A DNA stretch of 45,716 nt from Deltaproteobacteria bacterium (GTDB lineage: Bacteria; Desulfobacterota; Dissulfuribacteria; Dissulfuribacterales; UBA3076): NCBI GenBank assembly GCA_027004715.1, contig JALTHG010000089.1:1-45716 (forward strand), in the 5' to 3' direction. Positions 29,463-38,366 of this stretch are shown here, in pieces. Every line of letters begins with the position of its first letter. Within the stretch, counting starts at the first letter, position 1. The notes under the pieces are model-generated. The model worked only from the letters and a program-made list of their open reading frames with translations. It did not search any database and was not told where the DNA came from. The position numbers and the translations under genes were made by a program.

Positions 29463-30210
29463 CTGTCAGGTATATTTTATTGGTGCCGGTCCTGGAGACC
29501 CAGAGCTGATTACTGTCAAAGGACAGAAGTACATACAGATGGCTGATCTCGTCCTGTACACAGGTTCTCTTGTACCCAGAGAGGTTGTGGCCTGTGCAAA
29601 GGAAGACGCAGAAGTGGCTGACTCATCGTCCATGACACTGGATGAGATCCATGGCATGATCTTGAAGACCGTCAGGTCTGGTGGTATGGTGGCCCGTGTA
29701 CATACAGGTGACCCTTCCCTTTACGGGGCCATAAAAGAACAGATGATCCTCCTTGATCGGGATGGCATCAGTTATGATGTCATCCCTGGCATTACTTCAG
29801 CCTTTGCAGCGGCCGCGGCGGCAAAGGTATCTTTTACCCTGCCAGGAAAGAGCCAGTCCCTTATCTTCGCAAGGCTTGGGAGACGGACCCCTGTGCCCAA
29901 AAGAGAGTCCCTTAAAGAGCTTTCGCGATCAAGGTCCTCTATGGCTATCTATCTTTCATCTGCTGATCCCATGGCAGTACAGAGGGAACTGATAGAAGGG
30001 GGCTATCCCAAAGATACAGCAGTGGTCATAGGCTACAGAATAGGCTGGCCAGATCAGCGGATAATTACTACAGACATCTCTTCACTTGCAAGGGATATCA
30101 GAGATGCAGGGATCAAGAGGCAGGCGGTCTTTCTGATCCTGCCAGGCCAGGAGGGTGATCCTGTATTCTCCAGGCTTTATAGCCAGGACTTTTCTCATGG
30201 CTTCAGATAA
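29455..30210 (+). CDS. cbiF: Precorrin-4 C11-methyltransferase (CbiF/CobM)
   Basis: FIGAGPGDPELITVKG, YTGSLV, RVHTGDPSLYGAI.EQ, SRLYSQDFSHGFR. Confidence 0.94.
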   Translation: MNSCQVYFIGAGPGDPELITVKGQKYIQMADLVLYTGSLVPREVVACAKEDAEVADSSSMTLDEIHGMILKTVRSGGMVARVHTGDPSLYGAIKEQMILLDRDGISYDVIPGITSAFAAAAAAKVSFTLPGKSQSLIFARLGRRTPVPKRESLKELSRSRSSMAIYLSSADPMAVQRELIEGGYPKDTAVVIGYRIGWPDQRIITTDISSLARDIRDAGIKRQAVFLILPGQEGDPVFSRLYSQDFSHGFR

Positions 30211-31247
30211 TGAAAGAGACTGCAATATATGCCATCACGCGCCAGGGAGCAGGCCTGGGAAGGGCCCTTACAGAAAGAATAGGGGCCGATCTCTTCTTGC
30301 CTTCTCGTATTGCAGAGGCCTATGGAGGCATTGCCTTTGATCGTCTCGTAGAGGCCGTGGCCAAAAACTTTTTTCTGTATCCGAGACAGATATTTATAGC
30401 GGCCACAGGGATCGTGGTCAGGTCCATTGCGCCTCTCCTGCGGTCCAAAGATTCAGACCCTGCAGTAGTCGTGCTTGATCAGAGAGGAAGGTATGTCATC
30501 AGCCTGCTTTCAGGACATCTGGGTGGAGCCAATGCCATGGCGCAAGAAGTGGCCCAATTGACTGGTGGAGAGGCCGTGATTACAACTGCCAGTGATACAG
30601 AAGGAGTACCTTCCATTGATCTTATAGCAAAGGAGCGCAATCTATCTATATCCAATCTGGTAGCAGTAAAAAAGATCAATATGGCCATACTTGAGGGCAG
30701 GCCTGTCCAGATATTTGATCCAGAAGATCAACTGGGCCTGAAAGACACAGATATACCTGGACTGATCGAGGAGCGGATTGAGAAAGAGGCGCAGTATGAT
30801 ATTGAGGCCCCAGGAGTATGGGTCACCTGGAGGCGTAAGACACATCTTGGAGATGGCCTGTTGTTCCTCTATCCAAGGTGCCTTGTTGCAGGCATAGGTT
30901 GCAATAAGGGAGCGACGAGACAGGAAATCGTCGATCTGATTAAGGCCACATTTCAGAAAAATTCCCTTGCCCTGGAGAGCCTGAAGTGCATCTGCACTAT
31001 AGAAGGTAAGAGGGATGAAAGGGGCCTTATCGACGCCGCCCTTGAGTTAGGTGTGCCGCTCATATCTGTAGACCCCTCTGAGATCAGATCTATTGCTGTG
31101 CCCCACCCTTCAGAGATTGTTAAGAGACATATAGGAGTCTTGAGCGTATGCGAAGCCACCGCTATACTGAAATCAAAGAAAGGCAGGCTCCTGGTCCCCA
31201 AGACCAAGGGCCTAAATGTTACCCTGGCCGTGGCCCTGGAAAGCTGA
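30210..31247 (+). CDS. cbiG: Cobalt-precorrin-5A hydrolase
   Basis: ATGIVVRSIAP, KDSDPAVVV, LSGHLGGAN, ITTASD, GIGCNKG, SVCEATA; full-length N-, mid- and C-domains. Confidence 0.92.
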   Translation: MKETAIYAITRQGAGLGRALTERIGADLFLPSRIAEAYGGIAFDRLVEAVAKNFFLYPRQIFIAATGIVVRSIAPLLRSKDSDPAVVVLDQRGRYVISLLSGHLGGANAMAQEVAQLTGGEAVITTASDTEGVPSIDLIAKERNLSISNLVAVKKINMAILEGRPVQIFDPEDQLGLKDTDIPGLIEERIEKEAQYDIEAPGVWVTWRRKTHLGDGLLFLYPRCLVAGIGCNKGATRQEIVDLIKATFQKNSLALESLKCICTIEGKRDERGLIDAALELGVPLISVDPSEIRSIAVPHPSEIVKRHIGVLSVCEATAILKSKKGRLLVPKTKGLNVTLAVALES

Positions 31248-31996
31248 GCATAGTCAGTCTTGGTCCTGGTGACCCACAATATCTGGCCCCAAAGGCCCGG
31301 ACCGCCCTTATGCAGGCCGAAGTCATTGTGGGATATAAGACCTATATAGACCTCATTGAGCCAGGACTTCTTATAGGGAAAGAGATAATTTCGACAGGTA
31401 TGACAAAGGAGCTCGTCCGATCTCAGACAGCTATTGATAGGGCCTGTCAGGGAAAGGACACGGCTGTGGTCTCAAGCGGTGATGCAGGCATATACGGGAT
31501 GTCTGGATTGGTGCTGGAACTCCTGGCTGAACAGGGCCTCATGGGGGAACTGGAAGTGGAGGTGATACCAGGTATCTCGGCCCTGTCTGCTGCTGCTGCC
31601 CTCTTGGGCGCTCCACTGATGCACGACTTTGCCGTCATCTCTCTGAGTGATCTCATGGTTCCTTGGGAGATGATTCGGCAGCGGGTAGAGGCCGTGGCCA
31701 GGGCCGATTTTGTCCTGGTTATTTATAATCCCAGGTCTAAAAAAAGAGACTGGCAATTAGAAGAGGTGCGAGAATTGATCCAGAGATATCGAGGTGACCA
31801 TATACTGGTGGGAATTGTGAGAAATGCTATGAGACAGGGACAATCTGTAGAGATCGTGGCACTCTCAGACCTGGATGTAACAGGTATAGATATGCTTTCT
31901 ATCGTTGTAGTAGGCAATTCCAGGACCCGATTGATAGGCGAGAAGATGGTGACTCCAAGGGGATACCTGGAAAAGTATGCTGTCAGGATTCTATAA
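31244..31996 (+). CDS. cbiH: Precorrin-3B C17-methyltransferase (CbiH/CobJ)
   Basis: SLGPGD, VGYKTY, SSGDAGIYGM, GAPLMHDF, SLSDL, YNPRS, TPRGY; start uncertain (CTG 31244 overlapping the cbiG stop, or ATG 31148). Confidence 0.9.
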   Translation: MSIVSLGPGDPQYLAPKARTALMQAEVIVGYKTYIDLIEPGLLIGKEIISTGMTKELVRSQTAIDRACQGKDTAVVSSGDAGIYGMSGLVLELLAEQGLMGELEVEVIPGISALSAAAALLGAPLMHDFAVISLSDLMVPWEMIRQRVEAVARADFVLVIYNPRSKKRDWQLEEVRELIQRYRGDHILVGIVRNAMRQGQSVEIVALSDLDVTGIDMLSIVVVGNSRTRLIGEKMVTPRGYLEKYAVRIL

Positions 31997-32549
31997 GATT
32001 GCCCCTGTCTCTCTTTACTACCAAGGGGATGCCCGCCAGTATAAAGACCACCTCTTTGGCCAGGCATGTAAGCTGTTGATTTAGATAACCGAGTGCATCT
32101 CGATATCTGCGTGATAGGCGATCTTCAGGCACGATACCCATGCCTACCTCATTACTGACTATTACTACGATCCCCTGGATATGCATCAATATCTGTATCA
32201 GGTCCTCTATGGCCTGGTCAATTGTCTCAAGCTCCTCCCCATACTTCATAAAGAGATTGTTGAGCCAGAGGGTCATGCAGTCAATCAGGATGACCGTATC
32301 CCTGCCGTCAAGCGCATGGACAGCGGTAGCTACATCGATTGGTTCCTCTATTGTCTGCCACTTGTCTCCACGCTCTGCCTGGTGGTGCTCTATGCGTGCC
32401 TTCATTTCCTGATCCAGGGCCTGCGCAGTGGCCAAAAAGATACATCTCTTCTCCTGGACATTACATAAATCCAGGGCAAAGCGACTCTTTCCACTCCTGG
32501 CACCACCCAAGACAAATATGCATCCCTGTTGAATCATATCCACTTCCAT
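31983..32549 (-). CDS. cobU: Adenosylcobinamide kinase/adenosylcobinamide-phosphate guanylyltransferase
   Basis: GGARSGKS, RIEHHQAER, LIDCMTLW, VSNEVGMGIVP; the start may be 32537. Confidence 0.95.
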   Translation of the reverse strand: MEVDMIQQGCIFVLGGARSGKSRFALDLCNVQEKRCIFLATAQALDQEMKARIEHHQAERGDKWQTIEEPIDVATAVHALDGRDTVILIDCMTLWLNNLFMKYGEELETIDQAIEDLIQILMHIQGIVVIVSNEVGMGIVPEDRLSRRYRDALGYLNQQLTCLAKEVVFILAGIPLVVKRDRGNLIES

Positions 32550-32611
32550 ATCCCTGGCCAGGGGTCCCAGTACAGATCAACAGGCAGATCCCCTGCCTCT
32601 CTTTTGGTGCC

Positions 32612-33256
32612 CTAGTCCTCCCAGTCTGTACGGATCCTCTGTATTACCTTTTGCATATACTGGAGCCTGTCAGAGGGACAGACCCCCAAGAGAGGTGACC
32701 CCTGTTCCACTATGTCACCTGAGCGAAAATAGACCTTATACAGTACGCCAGGTTCCCCTCTATAGCTTATCGGCGTATCTCTCTTCATAAGAGACATGAT
32801 CACTACCTCATCTCCAGGTCCTATGGCTATCCTGGCTTCAGGCCGTTTCTCCAGCCCAGCCAGGATATCAGACGACAGAAAATATCTGGCCTGTTGCGGG
32901 GCACGAAGGATAGTAAGCATCTGGGTCAGGATCCGATCAATTATCTCTTCTCTATCCAGGCGGTGTCGGATAAAGAGGACCAGCTCATCCGCCTCCACAA
33001 AGTGCCCTTCAAGCTCAGAGCGTATTCCAGTTACCTGGCCCTTCCAGGAGGCATAGATCCTCTTTGCATTTTTCTCTCTTTCCAGTATATAGAGCAGAGT
33101 ACCAGGACGTTGTAGCCACCTTCCACTCGGTCCTTCGACCGCCTGTCCCTCCTCTACCTCAAAAGATATGACCCCAGTATGGGGTGTCTTTACCTGATAG
33201 TCCTCAAATATATGAGAACGATAGTGCCTCAAGAGGTCATCCAGATTTATGCCCAT
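32612..33256 (-). CDS. Atypical biotin carboxyl carrier protein with two biotinyl/lipoyl-like domains
   Basis: C-terminal domain GDEVVIMSLMKRD...GDIVEQGSPLL carries an MK motif; third gene of the carboxylase operon. Confidence 0.7.
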   Translation of the reverse strand: MGINLDDLLRHYRSHIFEDYQVKTPHTGVISFEVEEGQAVEGPSGRWLQRPGTLLYILEREKNAKRIYASWKGQVTGIRSELEGHFVEADELVLFIRHRLDREEIIDRILTQMLTILRAPQQARYFLSSDILAGLEKRPEARIAIGPGDEVVIMSLMKRDTPISYRGEPGVLYKVYFRSGDIVEQGSPLLGVCPSDRLQYMQKVIQRIRTDWED

Positions 33257-33260
33257 GGAC

Positions 33261-35540
33261 TTACCTATAATAGAGATTGTGCCCGCCCATTGTTGTCAGC
33301 GCCTCATACAGGTTCTTTCTAAAGTCACGTCTGTCCCAGATCCCCTGGATATGACCTCTCTTGAGGGCATTCTTGGCACTGTGATAGTCAGGGGGGACAT
33401 TCTTACCTGTAGTCTCTCTTATGACCCTTGGTCCAGCAAAACCGATCCTGGAGGAACGTATTCCAAACTGATAGAGTGAACATCCCAGAAAACTGGCCAC
33501 AGGACCTGCATAGGAATTGTTGTCATAGACTACTATGTAGAGCCCTCCACTCTCGATATATTCCCTCACTGCAATGGTACACTTTGGCATCTGTACTACA
33601 CCAAGGGTCCCCTCCTGGATACGGATGCCTCCAGTAGTATGTACATAGGCCAGAAAAGGCCTCCTGGTAGTCCTGGCTATATCACACGCCCTTACAAATT
33701 TTTCTCCTTCTGCAGTACCTACTGTCCCCCCTCTAAAGCTGCCAATCAACATGGCCACTACCAACCTTATGCCAAATACCCTGGCATCAAAGGTAATTAT
33801 ACTGGACGTCCGGCCAGTACGCCTGATGTCTCTCCTGAGGCGCTCATCAAAACCCTGAAATCCAAGGGGATTGCCAGACGCTATATGATTATTGAATTCC
33901 TGGACCGAGCCTTTATCAAAGAGATTCTTGAGATACCACTGGTACTCAAGGGGAAAGTGGTGACCGCAGTTTGGACAGACCCCACAAAGCTCTCCATATA
34001 GATCAGGTACCCACAGGTCCATGCACCCATATTTAGATGCATTGGGACAGGTAACCGTACGGTCTTCATTCGCAAGAGGACTGACATAGGGCTCCCATTC
34101 CTCAGCAAAGATCGATCTACGGTCTGGTCCATCTGGACGTATGACCTTTGCAGGACGTCTTGGCTGAGGAAAGACAAAGTCATAGGCTGCCCTGACAGGC
34201 TCAGCTACCTTCTTGAAAAATACTGAACCCTCACCAGAGACCTCTTCTATCACCTTTTGGACATTTCGGTGGTGTAGCCTGAGGAGACCATATCTCAGCT
34301 CATAATAGCCCTTACTGGCAATGGCCTTGGCCTTTCTGAATTTTTGACCCAGTCCCCTGCTCTTTTTGAGGAAAAAGCCCTTGCCCAATTCCCTATACTT
34401 CTTGGACCTGAGCTCTAGAAGCCGTTCTATCTCAAGCTCTGTGAGGTTCCAGTTGATGACTAAATCAAAGTCCTCTGGGACACTCACCTTCTCTTCTCCC
34501 TGTCTCTTCAGGGCATAGGCCCTGAATGCACGAAAGTTTTTGGTCCTCAGGACTACCTCGTCGGTGGCACGTACCATCTCATAACGGAGCCTGCGGAAAA
34601 AGCCATAGTCTTCCCGTCTTGCCCCAAGGGGGGGCTCTTCTACTATCCGATCAATAGTACCCAGTTTCAGGTTGTCAGAGGCGGTTATCTTCAGCTGGCT
34701 TGCGCAGTGCTCCACAAGGTCTCTGGGGAGCTTCTCTCCCTCCCTTATCTTTCCCTCTATGGCAGCTGCGCCTTCTGGAGATATGACTGAATAGTAGCCC
34801 CTTGAGGCCATGAGCCTGAGATCTGAGAGCCCTATTGCCTCTGCACCACCAGAACCACCCTCTGATATAAAAGAGACTATAGGGACCTTTAGCCTTGCCA
34901 TTGCATATATATTGCGGGCTATCTGCTGTGCGGCTCCTGGATAGTCCTCTATGGGATATGCGCCAGGGGTAAAGATAAAGGAGTGTATAGGGATGCCCTC
35001 GGTCTCGGCCACCAGCATATATCTCAGGGCCTTATCATTTCCCCACGGCCTGGCACACCCCCCATTCCGATACTCTTCTCCCCGGCCCTTTTCATGCCCT
35101 ATGACCATGACCTGATGACTATAGAGCCTGTTTTTTACCTTCCTCGAGATAGTGGCCCTGGCTACCACTACTGCAGGATCAATATTGCATTCTCCCTCGC
35201 CACCCAACTCTGTATAGGAATCATACACGTTCTCCAGTATATCTGTAAGTGTGAAACGCTGAACACTCCTCACAATATTTACTACCTCTGCAGGGGTGAG
35301 TCTCCTGGCAATCCTGTCTTCCAGAAAGGAGACTCGATCCTCAATCCGGTCGATTTCCTTATAGAGTTCTGCCTCCTTTATCTCAAAGAGGGAGCGGTGA
35401 AGGTCCTGGACCTGTCTCTGGAGTTCATCCAGATTGCCCCAGGTGCTCTCTCCTTTTATATCTATGAGATATGAAATTCGATCAGCGAGCCGACTAAGTA
35501 ATTTTCCACTATCTGTCATATGTACCTGGTCTATATGCAT
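33261..35540 (-). CDS. Acyl-CoA carboxyltransferase, alpha-beta (AccA-AccD) fusion
   Basis: N-half FTPGAYP, EGGSGGA, YYSVISPEGAAAI (AccA-like); C-half CPN...C...CPNCGHHF zinc finger, GGTVG...GEKF, GGIRIQEG, IGFAGPRVIRET (AccD-like). Confidence 0.88.
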   Translation of the reverse strand: MHIDQVHMTDSGKLLSRLADRISYLIDIKGESTWGNLDELQRQVQDLHRSLFEIKEAELYKEIDRIEDRVSFLEDRIARRLTPAEVVNIVRSVQRFTLTDILENVYDSYTELGGEGECNIDPAVVVARATISRKVKNRLYSHQVMVIGHEKGRGEEYRNGGCARPWGNDKALRYMLVAETEGIPIHSFIFTPGAYPIEDYPGAAQQIARNIYAMARLKVPIVSFISEGGSGGAEAIGLSDLRLMASRGYYSVISPEGAAAIEGKIREGEKLPRDLVEHCASQLKITASDNLKLGTIDRIVEEPPLGARREDYGFFRRLRYEMVRATDEVVLRTKNFRAFRAYALKRQGEEKVSVPEDFDLVINWNLTELEIERLLELRSKKYRELGKGFFLKKSRGLGQKFRKAKAIASKGYYELRYGLLRLHHRNVQKVIEEVSGEGSVFFKKVAEPVRAAYDFVFPQPRRPAKVIRPDGPDRRSIFAEEWEPYVSPLANEDRTVTCPNASKYGCMDLWVPDLYGELCGVCPNCGHHFPLEYQWYLKNLFDKGSVQEFNNHIASGNPLGFQGFDERLRRDIRRTGRTSSIITFDARVFGIRLVVAMLIGSFRGGTVGTAEGEKFVRACDIARTTRRPFLAYVHTTGGIRIQEGTLGVVQMPKCTIAVREYIESGGLYIVVYDNNSYAGPVASFLGCSLYQFGIRSSRIGFAGPRVIRETTGKNVPPDYHSAKNALKRGHIQGIWDRRDFRKNLYEALTTMGGHNLYYR

Positions 35541-35570
35541 CCAGATTAACCGTTCAGTGCCTAAAGGCGA

Positions 35571-36983
35571 TCAAAATTGAAGTATGTATCCAATCCTGTC
35601 GTAGAGATAGTCCAGATTTGTGACAATATTTTCGCCCTCCATCCCCTTGCCCTCTATAACGATTCCCCTCTGAAACTGTCTTGCCCTCTCTTTGGCCTGC
35701 TCTGTATCCTGTCCCCAGATAATGACAAGGGCAAGGTTTGGGTCATACTCTGTAGGGATCTTATATGGGATGTCTCTAGGTACGTGTGAATAGACCCTGG
35801 CCCATGGCCTATCTAGATAATCAAAACGTGTAATAGTACCACACCAGGGCACAAAGCCCCTATTGGTATTCTCTGCAACAATCCTGAGTTCTATGCTGGT
35901 ACCCTTAAAAGATACATCATCTTGAGTAAAGCCCAGTCTGTCCCCAAGGGCTACCCTTATCTGTTCTCTGATCAGATTTGTGGGTCCTGTAGCCCCCTTT
36001 ATCCTGGAGATAGAGGCAGAGATCTCGTTTTCTACCTGTATGCGGGTATTGACCTCCATGAGATAGGGACTACCGTCCCTGGACACTATCCATTCCCAGG
36101 TCCCTATATTGTCATAACCAACATGACCTGCCATACGCACAGAATACCTCACTATCTGATCTAATACCCCTTTTGCATCAAAGGGATATTTACATACTGC
36201 AGGGTCAAACCCAGGGGCCACCTCTACCCTCTTTTGCCTTCCTGTGCTCTGTATAGTGCAGTTCCTGGTCCCAAAGTGCACTACCTCGCCATGAGAGCTA
36301 CATAAGAGCTGCACCTCAAGATGTTGATAGTCTCTTAGACACTGTTCTATAAGTACCCCTTCATCGCCAAACTGCCGCTTGGCATAGTTCTGTATCTTTC
36401 TGTAGACCATCCTGAAGGTATCAAGACGGCTGACCTCTTCAATACCCATACCTCCACCACCAGCAGACGCCTTTACCAACACAGACGGATGCTGGATTCC
36501 CTGCTCTTTTTGGAGAAAGAAGAGCTCTTCTGCTACTCCTTCTGCCTCCATCTCATTATAGATCGATCTATCAGAGCCAGGAATTACTGGTATATGGAGC
36601 TCTTTGGCCAGACGTTTGGTATTGATCTTACTGCCCAGATCTCTTATGACTTCCCACCTGGGGCCTATAAAAGTGAGGGGCCTGGTCCTCATGGTGGCCC
36701 TCCTTGCAAAACCAGAATTTTCAGCAAAAAAACCATATCCAGGGTGTATGGCAGTACATTTGGCCTGGTCTGCCACTGAGAAGATCTCATTGGGATCTCT
36801 ATAGTTCGATATGCGATAGGCCCTTTTGAGATCGTTTTCTTTCTGTGCAAGTCGGACGTGCAGAGAGGACTTGTCCTCCTCTGTGTACACGACCACATAG
36901 TCCAGGCCCAGGTCCTTACAGGCCTGCATTATGCGTATGGCAATCTCTCCACGGTTGGCTATTAATACGCGCTCCCTACTCAT
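35571..36983 (-). CDS. Biotin carboxylase (divergent AccC-like)
   Basis: LIANRGEIA, HPGYGFFAEN, KASAGGGGMG, HLEVQ, EVNTRIQVE, ELRIVAE. Confidence 0.9.
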   Translation of the reverse strand: MSRERVLIANRGEIAIRIMQACKDLGLDYVVVYTEEDKSSLHVRLAQKENDLKRAYRISNYRDPNEIFSVADQAKCTAIHPGYGFFAENSGFARRATMRTRPLTFIGPRWEVIRDLGSKINTKRLAKELHIPVIPGSDRSIYNEMEAEGVAEELFFLQKEQGIQHPSVLVKASAGGGGMGIEEVSRLDTFRMVYRKIQNYAKRQFGDEGVLIEQCLRDYQHLEVQLLCSSHGEVVHFGTRNCTIQSTGRQKRVEVAPGFDPAVCKYPFDAKGVLDQIVRYSVRMAGHVGYDNIGTWEWIVSRDGSPYLMEVNTRIQVENEISASISRIKGATGPTNLIREQIRVALGDRLGFTQDDVSFKGTSIELRIVAENTNRGFVPWCGTITRFDYLDRPWARVYSHVPRDIPYKIPTEYDPNLALVIIWGQDTEQAKERARQFQRGIVIEGKGMEGENIVTNLDYLYDRIGYILQF

Positions 36984-37005
36984 AAGGCCCCTTCTATTCC
37001 GCCAG

Positions 37006-37033
37006 GTTATACAGGATCAGATAGTACAGTCAA
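37006..37033 (-). promoter_or_regulatory. Possible sigma70 promoter for the carboxylase operon
   Basis: Minus strand TTGACT-16 nt-TATAAC, just upstream of the start at 36983. Confidence 0.45.
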
Positions 37034-37077
37034 TTTACTGTTAAGCATGGCTCAAGACAAAAGAGATATGATATACT

Positions 37078-37120
37078 CTAATTGTTCCCCCCTGGCCAGG
37101 AGGGTAATGTGAACGGTTAT
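37078..37120. mobile_element. 43-bp minimal family-A MITE
   Basis: CTAATTGTTC...GAACGGTTAT ends flanked by GATATACT (37070-37077) and GATATACC (37121-37128). Confidence 0.7.
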
Positions 37121-37169
37121 GATATACCTATTGCCCTGATCCTTAAACTTTGAGTCTATCTCTATATCC

Positions 37170-38213
37170 ATGTCCACTATACAATATCTCCGGCCCCTTA
37201 CCATAGGTCCTCTATCCCTTTCTAATAATCTCATCCTTGCACCTATGGCAGGGATTACAGACTATCCCCTGAGGAGCATTGTCAGAGAGTTTGGGGCAGG
37301 ACTCACTGTAAGTGAGATGGTCTCTTCTCAGGCCCTTGTACATGACAATCTCAGGTCTCTGACTATGATCAGGACTGCAAAAGAGGAATCCCCTCTGGCA
37401 GTCCAGATATTTGGATCAGACCCGGGTACTATGTCTAGAGCCGCCAAGATTGCTGAATCCCTTGGCGCAACAATAGTTGATATAAATATGGGGTGTCCAC
37501 AGCACAAAGTAGTAAAGAGTGGGGCCGGTGCAGATCTCATGCGCAATGAGCTCCTGGCAGCAAGGCTCATAGAAGGGGTTGTAAAAGCAATAAGCATACC
37601 TGTAAGTGTCAAGATTCGCCTTGGTTGGGACCACAGGAGCATAAATGCAAGCAGAATAGCCAAGGTCGCCCAGGACTCTGGTGCATCTCTGGTCACTGTC
37701 CACGCCAGGACCCGCAGCCAGATGTTTTCTGGAAAGGCAGACTGGTCAGCGATCAGGGAGATAAAAAATGCCGTATCTATCCCTGTAATTGCGAATGGCG
37801 ATATCCAAGGTCCAAAGGATGCGAGACTATGTCTTGAGGTTTCAGGAGCAGATGGGATCATGATCGGAAGGGGTGTGCTTGGCAGGCCATGGATATTCGA
37901 GCAGATACTCTATTTTCTAAAGACAGGCAATGACAAAGGAGCTCCAGGCATTGAAGACCAGTATGGTGTTGCAAAGAGACACCTTGAGTATCTTATAGAC
38001 TTCTATGGACTTTCTAGAGGCCTCTTACTGTCTAAAAGGCACCTGGCATATTATAGTAGAGGACTTCGCGGGAGCGCTGTATTCAGAGAGGCCTTAAACT
38101 ATACTAAGACAGCCAATGAACTAAAAAGACTGCTCATATGTCTCTATGAGACCCAAGGGCCCTGGAGGCCGATTCCAAATCCAGGCGATAGCTCCACCAT
38201 TACAGGATCTTAG
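37170..38213 (+). CDS. dusB: tRNA dihydrouridine synthase B
   Basis: LAPMAGITD, VQIFGSDP, DINMGCP, VKIRLGWD, HARTRSQ, ANGDI, MIGRG. Confidence 0.93.
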   Translation: MSTIQYLRPLTIGPLSLSNNLILAPMAGITDYPLRSIVREFGAGLTVSEMVSSQALVHDNLRSLTMIRTAKEESPLAVQIFGSDPGTMSRAAKIAESLGATIVDINMGCPQHKVVKSGAGADLMRNELLAARLIEGVVKAISIPVSVKIRLGWDHRSINASRIAKVAQDSGASLVTVHARTRSQMFSGKADWSAIREIKNAVSIPVIANGDIQGPKDARLCLEVSGADGIMIGRGVLGRPWIFEQILYFLKTGNDKGAPGIEDQYGVAKRHLEYLIDFYGLSRGLLLSKRHLAYYSRGLRGSAVFREALNYTKTANELKRLLICLYETQGPWRPIPNPGDSSTITGS

Positions 38214-38290
38214 CGTTCCTTTGGACCTCAATTTTGATCGTGGTCAGTTATAGATACATAAAAATATTCAGAGAAAATAAAATATCAGGC

Positions 38291-38319
38291 TTGACAGTTT
38301 CCAGGGAGACTGCTATGAA
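38291..38319 (+). promoter_or_regulatory. sigma70 promoter for the YeeE/YedE gene
   Basis: TTGACA-17 nt-TATGAA with an extended -10 TG. Confidence 0.55.
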
Positions 38320-38366
38320 AAACTTGTCTATATTGTCATCATGAATGTTTGAGGAGGACTAGACTG

